Assembly: GCF_006345805.1 (NCBI RefSeq)
Contig: NC_043003.1
Coordinates: forward strand, 109,306,001-109,370,000
Origin: Octopus sinensis
Lineage: Eukaryota
Reading direction: 5' to 3'
Length of the DNA stretch: 64,000 bases
A program made the translations under genes and the position numbers. Of this stretch, positions 1-11,134 are shown piece after piece (position 1 is the first letter of the stretch; each line of letters begins with the position of its first letter). Below the pieces are notes generated by a model, which saw only the letters and a list, made by a program, of their open reading frames with translations, searched no databases and was not told where the DNA came from.

Positions 1-55
1 TCTCTCTATATATATATACATATATATATACCCATGTATGTATGTATGTATGTAT

Positions 56-92
<37 letters not shown>

Positions 93-93
93 A

Positions 94-141
<48 letters not shown>

Positions 142-197
142 CTCTCTATATATATATATACATATATATATACCCATGTATGTATGTATGTATGTAT

Positions 198-234
<37 letters not shown>

Positions 235-345
235 AATCATCTATCTATCTATCTATCTATCATCTACTATCTATCTATCTATCTATCTCTCTCTCTATAT
301 ATATATACATATATATATACCCATGTATGTATGTATGTATGTATT

Positions 346-380
<35 letters not shown>

Positions 381-381
381 A

Positions 382-429
<48 letters not shown>

Positions 430-499
430 CTATCTATCTATCTCTCTCTCGCTATATATATACATATATATATACCCATGTATGTATGTATGTATGTAT

Positions 500-530
<31 letters not shown>

Positions 531-558
531 CCAATCTATCTATCTATCTATCTATCTA

Positions 559-602
<44 letters not shown>

Positions 603-701
603 CTCTCTCTATATATAATCATATATATAAACCCATGTATGTTGTATGTATGTATTTATCTATCTACTATGTCATCTATCTATCTATCTATCTATCTATC
701 A

Positions 702-759
<58 letters not shown>

Positions 760-870
760 TTATCTATCTATCTCTCTCTATATATATACATATATATATA
801 CCCATGTATGTATGTATGTATGTATTTATCTATCTATCATCTATCTATCTCTCTCACTATATATATACAT
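1..870. repeat. Higher-order minisatellite built from (TA)n-CCC-(ATGT)n-(ATCT)n-(CT)n blocks, about 6 units
   Basis: Anchor CCCATG(TATG)n recurs at 31, 173, 320, 475, 632 and 801. The YLSI/MYVC ORFs here are repeat translations. Confidence 0.9.
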
Positions 871-953
871 ATATTCTAAGGAGTAACCTGTCAAAAGAAA
901 TCAGTTTGGGCTTTGGTTGCATTCGTACCTCTGCAGACTACGGTTACCTTATG

Positions 954-1066
954 GCCGGTACCCTTACTAATAGCCGGTACCCTTACTAATAGCCGGTACC
1001 CTTACTAATAGCCGGTACCCTTACTAATAGCCGGTACCCTTACTAATAGCCGGTACCCTTACTAAT
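954..1066. repeat. Perfect tandem array, 6 x 19 bp (GCCGGTACCCTTACTAATA)
   Basis: Units start at 954, 973, 992, 1011, 1030 and 1049; the last is truncated by 1 nt. There are no spacers. Confidence 0.95.
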
Positions 1067-1202
1067 TTCTCTAGCAAGTGACATATCAGGGACTTGAAGC
1101 AATATCAATTATCTCAAGAATCTTCTCTGTCTTTCGTTCAGGTGCACCCGTTTTTAATTTTATAAAATCATTATCGGTCTGTTAGGTAAACTGATTTCAC
1201 TA

Positions 1203-1853
1203 TCTTTCGGTACAAGTATGGCAACTGTCAACATTTTGCTGATTTCTCAACGTTCTCAGCAGTTTACAGAAAATTTTATTTATATACTCTTTTTCACTCT
1301 TTTACTTGTTTCAGTCATTTGAATGTGGCCATGCAGGAGCACTGCCTTTAGTTGAGCAAATCTACCCCAGGACTTTGTAAGCCTAGTACTTATTCTATCG
1401 GTCTCTTCTGCCAAACCGCTAAGTTATGGGGACAAAAACACATCAGCATTGGTTGTCAAGCGATGTTGGGAGGACAAACACAGACACATAAACACACACA
1501 CATATATACATATATACGACGGGCTTCTTTCAGTTTCCATCTACCAAATCCACTCACAAGGCTTTGGTTGGCCTGAGGCTATAGTAGAAGACACTTGCCG
1601 AAGGTGGCCATGCAGTGGACTGAACCCGGAACCATGTGGTTGGTAAGCAAGCTACTTACCACACAGCCACTTTAGCAATGTCTTTCATGTACTAATGATT
1701 GTCAAACTCTCAATCATTCTCTCTCTCACTCTCTCTCTTTCTCTCACACACACACATGCGCATACACACATGCATAGAATTTTCTGTAAACTGCCGAGAA
1801 CGTTGGGAAATCAGCTGGTAAAATTATTATACTTGTTATACTTATACTGAAAG
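1203..1853. repeat. Imperfect inverted-repeat pair (~75-bp arms, 1203-1276 and 1778-1853) enclosing a SINE
   Basis: GCTGATTTCTCAACGTTCTCAGCAGTTTACAGAAAATT at ~1238-1275 is the reverse complement of AATTTTCTGTAAACTGCCGAGAACGTTGGGAAATCAGC at ~1778-1815. Weaker similarity continues outward. Confidence 0.6.
1285..1671 (-). mobile_element. SINE family S1 (head GGAGTGGCTGTGTGGTAAG..., central microsatellite, tail ...GACTGAAACAAGTAAAAGAG)
   Basis: Near-full-length copy. The same sequence recurs many times in the window, e.g. 32935, 35810, 44815, 51563. Confidence 0.85.
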
Positions 1854-1878
1854 GCTGTCAGTGACTTTTTAAAACTCC

Positions 1879-2314
1879 GGATCTTTTCGGTTTGACCGGC
1901 AGTTTTTAAAAATAATTTCCACGTAACTAAATACTTTTAAACTTCATATACTGGTAGAATGTGTTTATAAAACATTTTTTTCTCTTGGCTTTATTGAGAA
2001 AATTCTATAGTTTGTAAGATATTTGTTGTTTTTCTTCTTCAATTTCTTCAATTTCAACCAATCACTGACGTCCATTGAGGTGAAAACATTCTGTGCCGTA
2101 TGAATATGTCCCTCGTTTAAGAAACAGATTGGGTTTATTTACATTTGTGAAGAAAGAAAAGATACCCTTCCCCCAACCCCTAACCCTAACCCTAACCCTA
2201 ACCCTAACCCTGAAACAGATTGAAATGCAATAGATTGATACTAGGGTCATAATTATGGGTGACAATTTCATATGACACTGCTGGAAAAAACTGCTGTTCA
2301 AACTGAAAAGATCC
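1879..2314. mobile_element. MITE with ~30-bp TIRs, GG termini and 8-bp TSD (Merlin/IS1016-like or hAT-like), with internal telomeric repeats
   Basis: Left end GGATCTTTTCGGTTTGACCGGCAGTTTTT; right end read in reverse complement GGATCTTTTCAGTTTGAACAGCAGTTTTT. Flanks AAAACTCC (1871-1878) and CAAACTCC (2315-2322) match at 7/8. Confidence 0.8.
2178..2210 (-). repeat. Interstitial telomeric repeat (CCCTAA)5+ inside the MITE
   Basis: TAACCC x5 at 2181-2210. Confidence 0.9.
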
Positions 2315-2951
2315 CAAACTCCTTCCATGATGTGTTAAAATCACCATCTCCTCTCCATTAAATTATCAAAAACGTCCCCTAATGAATTACTACAGCTCCC
2401 TTAGAAAAATCAGGACAAAACAAAACAAAAAAAGACAGAGCCGTATATTATAGAAGTCAATGACAATAGATCACAAAACACATTCTTGGTCAGTTTTCAT
2501 TGGAGAAGCAGACGTGTATATAAATGATATCTCATCTTATGTAAAACTTCACCGACAAACATTAAAGAAGCTGGTCTGTTGTTGCTATGTAGTTTAGCAA
2601 GCAATGGTTGTGACATACAGTTTGTTGGCATGGCAACTGTGACCATAGTAATGTTCTAGAGAGGAAAGCTAAGATATCTATCAATTGGTTTATGTCGATG
2701 TTCTCTGTTATGCTTCTCTGTCAGTCAGTCAGTCTCTCTCTCTCTCTCCCTCATTCATTGAATCTTACAATTTCTCTCTTCAAAGCCAATTATTTTGTAT
2801 CTTATCTAACGAGCTGCCTATTTTCACTTGTTTCTTTTTATCCCACTTTCGTCTCTCATTATTTGGTGTTGGTTTTCTATCTGTGCTTCCATCTATCTAC
2901 AGTTCCACTCATCTATCTATCTATCTATCTGTCTGTATGTCTGCCTGTCTT

Positions 2952-2982
<31 letters not shown>

Positions 2983-3012
2983 CTAATATGTATATATATA
3001 TATATATATAAA

Positions 3013-3095
3013 TATACACCGGAGTAAAACACATAAATGTGAAACAAGGTGGAAAAAAGAGTACTTAAATGCCAGAGGTAGAGTAATATGCTTAT
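3013..3095. mobile_element. Fragment of short repeat family A (ribozyme-bearing family, ribozyme part absent)
   Basis: ACACCGGAGTAAAACACATAAATGTGAAACAAGGTGGAAAAAAGAGTAC... also occurs at 4535, 18745 and 20497. Flanked by (TA)n. Confidence 0.75.
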
Positions 3096-3269
3096 ATTAT
3101 ATATGTATATATATATATATATATATATACCCGCATATATATATATATAGCCACCAATCAATCTATGTATGTATCTCACTGTCTGTTTGCCCAAGCGTCT
3201 ACCTGCCCATTCGCACGTCTGCCTGCCCTTCCGTCCGTCTGCCCATCTATCCATCTGTCAGTCTGTCTG

Positions 3270-3302
<33 letters not shown>

Positions 3303-3307
3303 TTCTA

Positions 3308-3338
<31 letters not shown>

Positions 3339-3856
3339 TTATCTATCTATCTATCTTTTGCTGATTTTATCTAGATGTAAATCTCTCTTTCTCTCTTTTC
3401 CTCTTCTCCTCTCTTCCTCTCCTTTCCCTTCACCCCTTTCTAGTTCCCCCTTCCTTTTCCCCCCACTCACACTCTGCACTTCTGAGCCGTATTTGAGAAA
3501 TGCAAGACTTGACTGGAGTTCAAAATTAAACACTTGCATCACAGAAGGGTCATTACAAAGCAATTAAAAACACACATTTATCATTATTTTCATTTCACTT
3601 TTATTTTGTAAGATATGCCATCTATTATTTAAGTGCCAAAAATACTTAAACAGCCATGCTTCAGCTTGTTGCAGACAATTCAGCTGAAACCCAATATATG
3701 TGACTTTTAAATAGCTATTAGGACTTTCCTTTGTAACTATTTAACCTGTTACTTTGGTAATTTTCAATTTTAATGTGCCATTATCATTTTGTCAAACTGT
3801 AGCTGGTATTAGTTTCAGGTCTGCATGAATATGTAAGCATGTACATATATATATAT

Positions 3857-4050
3857 AAAGTTAATCCAAACATGAAAACACAGAGAGAAAACACAACAAC
3901 GTGAGGACGTGGAACAAGTATAGTGTTATTGGACGCTCAGGAAAGGAAAGAAAGAAAGAAGGATTTAACGTTTCGAGCGGAGCTCTTCCTCAGAAACATA
4001 GGAAAAAGAAAGGTCCAAGGAAGAGAAGACGGAGGAAAAAAAGTACACAC
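3857..4050 (-). mobile_element. Short repeat family B (Penelope-associated type) carrying a hammerhead motif
   Basis: A reverse-complement copy lies at 35330-35540. Flanked by (TA)n. Confidence 0.7.
3963..3997 (-). ncRNA. Minimal type I hammerhead ribozyme motif with intact core
   Basis: Minus strand reads GUUU-CUGAGGA-A-GAGC(UCC)GCUC-GAAA-CGU-U-AAAU. Helix III is the palindrome ACGU and the putative cleavage triplet is GUU. Confidence 0.65.
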
Positions 4051-4113
4051 ATGGTCACATATATAATATATATATGATATATATGTATATATATATATAT
4101 ATATTATATATAT

Positions 4114-4190
<77 letters not shown>

Positions 4191-4222
4191 CATATACATA
4201 TATATATATATTATATATATAT

Positions 4223-4292
<70 letters not shown>

Positions 4293-4294
<2 letters not shown>

Positions 4295-4445
4295 GGGAGA
4301 GTTTACGAAAAAAAACAAAAGATGAAGACAGGTGGTGTACAAAACAAACAGGTGTGTAAGTATAACACTCAGGAATAGAAAAAGTCTTTTATGTTTCGAG
4401 CCTATGCTCTTCTACAGAAAGGGACACAGAAAAAACAAGGAGAGA
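4293..4445 (-). mobile_element. Short repeat family B2 with variant hammerhead-like motif at 4386-4421
   Basis: Minus strand reads CUUU-CUGUAGA-A-GAGC(AUAG)GCUC-GAAA-CAU-A-AAAG. A second copy lies at 54137-54290. Confidence 0.65.
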
Positions 4446-4534
4446 ATATATATATATATATATATGTGGTGTGTGTGTATGTGTGTGTGTGTGTGTGTTG
4501 TGTGTGTGTGTATGTATTGTATATATATATATAT

Positions 4535-4656
4535 CGAAGTAAACACAGAAATGTGAAACAAAGTGGAAAAAAGAGTACTCAAATACCAGAGGTAGAGTAA
4601 TGTGCTTTATTTAAAGCAGCAGAAATTTAACTGAATTTCTGCTGCTTTTAAATAAA
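4535..4656. mobile_element. Family A fragment ending in a fold-back (22-bp arms, 4606-4656)
   Basis: TTTATTTAAAGCAGCAGAAATT-taactg-AATTTCTGCTGCTTTTAAATAAA. Confidence 0.75.
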
Positions 4657-5339
4657 AAAAATATATATATATATTTAATATATGTGTGTGTGTGTGTATG
4701 TGTGTGAGTACATATACATATATATATGTTTTTGTATTCTTTACCAACCACTCCCAGACTATACACCAGTCATCCTGCCTCGTTAATGTATTTGTGAACT
4801 AATTACAAATGTGCACATTACCAAAATGTGCATCTTAATAATGCTGAAGATTATTACGTACCCCAAGGAGCTTTCATCTGCACTATGTAGTGCATTTGAT
4901 TCCATTATATTGCTCCCCACCTATTAGGGAGCAGAGCAGAAATAAGCTAAAATGATTGTTGTGCTTAATAAAGCTTCCAGTACACTCAGTCTTCCGTATC
5001 AATCATTAAATATATATATTTTGTTAATCTGAGGTTTACTCCATTGGTTCCTGATAAACCCTTGTTTATCCTGTTGTTACCTGCACTCTACATGCCTGGT
5101 GTACCTGTACACCAATGCTCAGGAATATTACGGGTAATGGATACTGTTAGTTCATATTCCTTAGTCGGTTATTATAACCAGTACTGGATAAAGCGGTTTT
5201 TCAGTTGCATGAACTAAAAGTCAGAGGGGGATGGGATAAACTACCTGCATCAACTTACTATAAAAGCAGGTTGTAATTTTACCTTGTCCTTATTCTTAGT
5301 GCAAGTTTTGAAGAGTGCAGTTCTATTTTAACTGTTATT

Positions 5340-6300
5340 TTTTCAAAGCTATAATGGAAGTGACAAAGGAACATATTCGGCATATTTTGCTTTAGGAGTT
5401 CAACAAAGGCAACAATACAACAGAAAGTGTGAGGAATCTTAATGCAGGATATGGGGATCGGATAATAAGTATGAGCCAGTGTCAACAGTGGTTCCAGAAA
5501 TTCCAAGCTGGAAACTACAGCTTAGAAGATGAGCCTCATCCTGAAATATCTGTAGAACTCTACGAGGACACCCTGCAAACCCCGGTGGAACAAAATCCCA
5601 TTGTAACTGTTGAGGAACTAGCAGAGAAGTTTGGATTTGGTCATTCAACCATTTTAATCATGCACAGAGAGTGAATATGTACTCTTCTTTGTTGTCACAT
5701 CTCACGAATGAACCTTTTTTGGACTGAATAGTGACTGGTGACGAGAAATGGGTTCTCTATAAAAATGTGAAGACTGTGGATAGAGAAAGAAGAAACACCA
5801 GCACCCCAAGCTTAAGAAGGTCTTCCCTCATGTAAAGTGATGTTATCTGTTTGGTGGGATATGAAAAGTTTAGTCCACTTTGAACTTTTAAACCCAAAAC
5901 AAACAATAAGAAAGGAGATCTACAAAGAGCAGCTTGGGCGGCTTAAGTCAGCGCTAGAAGAAAAACGACCATTTTTGGTTTCAAGACGAAAGGTGGTTCT
6001 TCCATCAGGATAATACTCAGCCACCTACGGCAAGGAAGAGATTCCAAAGGCTGGAGCAGTTTGGATTAGAAATGAAGTCCCACCCACCATATTCTCCAGA
6101 CATTCCCCCATCTTATTATTATTTATTTAGCAGTCTTCAAAATCATTTGGATGGAAAAAATATGAATTCTGTAGAGGAGGTCAGAACAGTACTGGAGGAG
6201 TAATTTTCGTCACGGACAAATAAATTTTGGAAGAGGGTGGGGGGCCCTTGCAAGTCTACAAGATAGATGGAAGAGCATTGTAGGAAATAAAGGAGAGTAG
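5340..6300 (+). pseudogene. Decayed mariner (D,D34D-type) transposase
   Basis: From ATG 5354: MEVTKEHIRHILL*EFNKG...QCQQWFQKFQAGNYSLEDEPHP (HTH region). Then IVTGDEKWVLY, KVMLSVWWD, HQDN and HPPYSPD motifs, with stops and frameshifts. Confidence 0.9.
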
Positions 6301-6321
6301 AGTAAAAAAGAACTTTGTTTA

Positions 6322-7210
6322 TATCATCATCATCGTTTAACGTCCGCTTTCCATGCTAGCATGGATTGGACGGTTTAACTGAGGACTGGTGAACCAGATG
6401 GCTGCACCAGGCTCCAGTCTTGATCTGGCAGAGTTTCTACAGATGGATGCCCTTCCTAACACCAACCACTCCAAGGGTGTAGTGGGTGCTTTTACGTACC
6501 ACCGGCATGAGGATCAGTCAGGCGGTACTGGCAATGGCCACGCAAAAATCGTTTTTTTTTTCTTTTTTTTTATGTGTCACCTGCACACCAGCACAAGTGC
6601 TAGTAAGGTGATGCTGGTAACGATCACGCTCGAATGGTGCTTTTTATGTGCCACCAGCATGAACGCCAGTTTGCTGCTCTGGCAATGATCACCCTCGGAT
6701 GGTGCTCTTAGTGCTCAACTAGCACGAATGCCAGTCATCGAATTTGATTTTGATTTCGATTTCACTTGCCTCAACAGGTCTTTGCATGCAGTGTCCAATG
6801 AAGGGAAGGTATGCATAAGTGGGCTGGTTATACCCCTGGCTTAGGCCACAAGGTTATGGTCTCACTTGTCTTGCCAGGTCTCCTCAAGCACAGCATATTT
6901 CCAAAAGTTTCGGTCACTGGTCATTGCCTCAGTGAGGCCTAATGTTCGAAGGTTGTGCTTCACCACTTCATCCCAGGTCTTCCTGGGTCTACCTCTTCCA
7001 CAGGTTCCCTAGGTTGTGGCACTTTTTCACACAGCTATCCTCATCCATTCTCACCACATGCCCATACCAGCGCAGTCGCCTCTCCTGCACACTACATCTG
7101 ATGCTTCTTAGGTCCAACTTTTCTCTCAAGGTACTTACACTCTGTTGAGTATGCACACTGACATTCCACATCCATCGGTTCATACTAGCTTCATTCCTTG
7201 CGACCTTCAG
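6322..7210 (-). mobile_element. 5'-truncated RTE-clade LINE: 3' coding end, long modular 3' UTR and (GAT)n tail
   Basis: Minus ORF 6989-7240 contains LREKLDLRSIRCSVQERRLRWYGHVVRMDEDSCVKKC. The UTR is shared with 60070-61480 and 61600-62355. Confidence 0.85.
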
Positions 7211-8789
7211 AAAAATAAAAAAAGTATTAAAAAAACGCATTATTTATGGGATGACTCAATATTTTGATATTTTGCTAAGGCCTTGTGATGCTAATAACTT
7301 GGTGTTAGAACTCAACATACAAATGCTTGCAACTTATAGCAGAAACAACAGTAAGCTAATGAAGCTCACAACATAAATTGTATATTCTTTTGTTACCCCA
7401 ATTTCTTACACACACATATGCACATGCACACTTTGTGTGTGCATATGTGTGTGATCTTTGTGGTTGCTGTTGCAAATTTGGAAATTTTAAAATTAAGTAA
7501 AGATTTTAAAATTTGTTATATTCATGAAATGTTTCATGCTGATCCAAATTTGGGATTCAATTATTCCAAGAAAAATTTAGAAAAATATTATTGAGGTTCT
7601 AAATTTGATATTTTTTAGTTCAGTAATAAAACAGGAATCAGAAGCTAACATTTCCTGCATGGTGATGATGATCACTGTCTGTTCACAAAATGACATGTAG
7701 AAAGAACACAGGCACAAACAGATATTGCTTGTCAAAACTTGTGCTTGTGGTGGTGAAAATATCAGGGTCATGCAAACACAATGTCCTTGATATAATGAAA
7801 GCAGGGCAGACTACAGCTTTGCTGTTACTGTGTAAACAGACACCTGCATGACGTTTATGGTCATGTATAATGGTGGCTTTCGATTGGCTAAGATTACCCA
7901 AAATTTGAAAACCATAAAAGCTATTAAAATTTCATCTATTAACTAGCTTAGAAGCCACAATCCGAACAGACTTTTAAGCTAGCTCCTGCAGAGGGCTAAT
8001 TGGGCCTGCAACCCAAAACTAAAGACAGCTAAATAACATGACTATAATATGTCTATAATGATTATACCTGGTGGTAAAGGATGGATGAGAAATAATTCTG
8101 TAATGCAATCATTCTATTGTTTCAGTCCCAAGTTGAATTCCAGCTGTTGGCCAATTTGTTCCAAAGTTCTTATCTCAACATAAAATTAACAAAGCAAATG
8201 TCATTTATGTCCGCCTCGATCTCTGATGCCAACCAAGATGGTGTGAATCATCCAAATTTTACCTGCTAGAAATAACAACCCAAGTGCTTTTAAATCAGAT
8301 CCCAGTACTGGATGTTCAAGAACCAAATGAATGGAAGCCTTTCAATCCCATGATCATCTTGATTCCAAAAAGCTATACTATGTTTATGTAGAGCAAATGC
8401 AGACAAAAGTACAGGCGCCACAGATTGGCAGAATTTCACTTTTATTATAATAGGTTTATGGCAAAAATGAGTTTCATCATCATCAACATTTAACATCCGT
8501 TTTCCATGCTGGCATGGGTTGGACAGTTTGACAACAACTGGCAAGGCCATTTCATAATTAGCATGAAAGAAAATTGGTGTAACCAAAGCTGAAAACAATT
8601 GAAACAAAATTGAAAAAATACAAAATCCCTGACAGCAACCCAAAGGAATCCATCCCCTGAGCCCTTTTGGAAGTATGTATCATATATGATGCATGGATGC
8701 AGGTGAAATATGTCCTGTGTAGCATGTGGGATACACAGGACAGGTAAAGGTTTATGTAACACGCAGACGATTTCCAAGATCTAATAATG

Positions 8790-9003
8790 GGTTCAAAATA
8801 TGGCATAAGGCCAGCAAGTTCAGGGGAAGCGGGTTAGTCAATTACATCGACGACAGTGTTCAACAGGTACTTATTTTATCAACCTTGAAAGGATGAAAGG
8901 CTAAGTCAACCTCAGTGGAATTTGAACTCAGAACATAAAGATGGACAAAATGCTGCTAAGCACTTTGCCTGCTGTGCTAATGTTCCTGCCAGCTCACTAC
9001 CTC
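8790..9003 (-). mobile_element. SINE family S2, decayed copy
   Basis: Reverse complement of 10618-10851; contains the core GCCTTTCATCCTTTC...GATAAAATAAGTACC. Confidence 0.7.
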
Positions 9004-9032
9004 CTTCCAAGATCTAATAATATTATCCAAAC

Positions 9033-10300
9033 TGAAGGTTGGTAAGTAGCTTGCTTGCCAGCCATATGGTTCTGGGTTCAGTCTCATCGTGTGACACCTT
9101 CAGCAAGTGTCTTCTACTCTAGCCTTGGGCTGACCAAAGCCTTGTGGGTGGACTTGGTAGACAGGAACTGAAAGAAATCTGTTGTATACACACACACATA
9201 CATGGTGTGGTGAATAAACTGTCTTCTAAAATACACAAAAATGAAAATAACACTGACATCTCATTTTAACATATATATATATACAAAAATTACATAAAAA
9301 TATCTTGAAATACTAAAGAGTGAATTTATTCAATAAAATCACTATTGGCTTCAACCACAGCCTCCAGACGACTTCGGAATCTCCCGCAACTCTTCTGAAC
9401 AGTCTCCTTGTTTAAGTCGGTGAATGCTGCCATAATCCTTACCTTCAGTTCATCTTTGGTATTGCAAGGAGTTTTGTTGGTCTCTCACTCAACTGCACCC
9501 TACACATAATAACCAAAGGGGTTGCAGTCTGGTGAGTTAGATGATGTGGTCGTAGAAATTGCCTGACAGCCATGACTGGGTTTTCCTGCTTATGAGGCAT
9601 GGAGCAGAGTCCTATTGCTAGACATAGGGTCTTCCAGGGCAGCACTACCTCCTCCAGGCATTTGATGTGGGCTGTGTTGAGTGTGAGGCCAAATGGGAAG
9701 ATGAATTGAGCTATAATGTCACCATCATTAGTGATCACTCCAAACACTATGATGTTGACTGGATGTTTGATTTTTATCCCTCTCAGTACATGTCCTCAGA
9801 TTGCACTGTCCTCAGATTGACACCCAAACACTCTGAAATGTGCATATTGGAGCTTCTGGCATGAATGCCAAGCAGTACAGCATATCATTTCCAAATTTCT
9901 AGCAGAGTGAACTGCCTCATGGTACTATTTTTCCCACTGACGGTGCCCAACTGACCCTACTAAACTGTCTAGTTGACAAACTTAAAAACAAACAATGTGT
10001 ATGCATGAAATAAAAAATATAAAATGTTCACAATTTACCTCTCACACCCTGTATATGTATATATATCTATGTGTGTGTGTATTTATCTCTGTGTTCATCC
10101 CCCCACCATTGCTTGACAACCGATGTTGGCTTGTTTACATCCCTGTAATCTAACAGTTCAGCAAAAGATATCAACAGAATAAGTACTAAGCTAAGAAATA
10201 TAAATCCAGGGGTTGATTTGTTTGACTAAAGCCCTTCAAAGTAGTGCTCCAGCATGGCCGTAGTCAAATGGCAGAAACAAATAAAAGAATAAAAGAATAC
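9033..10300 (+). mobile_element. SINE S1 split in two (9033-9200 and 10052-10300) by a DNA transposon insertion
   Basis: The 5' half ends in a CA/TA tract at 9200. The 3' half (TTGACAACCGATG...GTGCTCCAGCATGGCC) resumes after 10051. Confidence 0.75.
9201..10051 (-). mobile_element. Internally deleted Tc1/mariner-superfamily element (maT/DD37D-like) with TA target duplication
   Basis: TA|CATGGTGTGGTGAATAAACTG...CAATTTACCTCTCACACCCTG|TA (degenerate TIRs). Minus-strand peptides MFGVITNDGDIIAQFIFPFGLTLNT...VVLPW and TKDELKVRIMAAFTDLNKETVQKSCGRFRSRLEAVVEANSDFIE. Confidence 0.8.
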
Positions 10301-10617
10301 AATTCCTATTCAGGGATGCTGCACCTGTTTTATTACCTCAGTACAATCTTACCTTCATCCTTAACAAATGAATGAGTGTTTAGGGTTGATTCAGTATTCG
10401 GAATATTCCTACGACCCATTAATTACACTCTAGGTTATGCAAATTACCATGATTAAGACAAATGATAATGGTAAACGAGTAAGACTTTCTTCAATGTTCA
10501 AGGATACTAATTAATAGACTTGCACTTCTATTTCTTTGATTTGATGCATTAAATTCTGTAAATTCTTGCATGTGAAATTGAAAAACTTGTGAATTGAAAA
10601 CTCAAGATTTCCTCTAG

Positions 10618-10851
10618 AGGTGCGGTGAGCTGGCAGAATCGTTAGCACGCCGGGCGAAATGCTTAGCGGTATTTCATCTGCCGCTACGTTCTGAGCTCAA
10701 ATTCTGCCGAGGTCGACTTTGCTTTCATCCTTTCAGGGTTGATTAAATAAGTACCAGTTACGCACTGGGGTCGATATAATCGACTTAATCCATTTGTCTG
10801 TCCTTGTTTGTTCTCTCTGTGTTTAGCCCCTTGTGGGTAGTAAAGAAATAG
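10618..10851 (+). mobile_element. SINE family S2, near-full copy
   Basis: GGTGAGCTGGCAGAATCGTTAGCACGCCGGGCGAAATGC...GGTCGACTTTGCTTTCATCCTTTCAGGG. The core resembles the MetaSINE central domain from memory (unverified). Further copies at 27130-27300, 27365-27520 and 53140-53590. Confidence 0.8.
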
Positions 10852-11053
10852 GTGTTCAGAATCCAGGAAAGCAATAAGCAAGAGGAATAACACTGATAGG
10901 ATTAATTGATAGAAATTTTCGGACAATGTAAACAAGACAGATTGGAATGGATCTGGTCTTGAAAGTAAACTGGTTGAAAATAATGGATATGTTTCAATAC
11001 TATTAGACCTCCTTGAAGAAACATATTCTATTCAAATGGTAACATTAAGAGTG

Positions 11054-11134
<81 letters not shown>

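Noticed and set aside
34-989. Long ORFs (up to 315 aa) rich in YLSI/MYVC
   Set aside because: They are translations of (ATCT)n/(ATGT)n, which lack stop codons in several frames.
954-1066. Possible CRISPR array
   Set aside because: The units are head-to-tail with no spacers, the context is eukaryotic, and there are no cas genes.
3819-3832. Possible 14-nt micro-exon (TTTCAG|...|GTAAGC)
   Set aside because: Weak polypyrimidine tract, no supporting neighbouring exons, and such motifs are expected by chance.
7620-7920. Complex sequence with short ORFs on both strands
   Set aside because: No recognisable motif. It may be a very old LINE endonuclease remnant, but this is unsupported.
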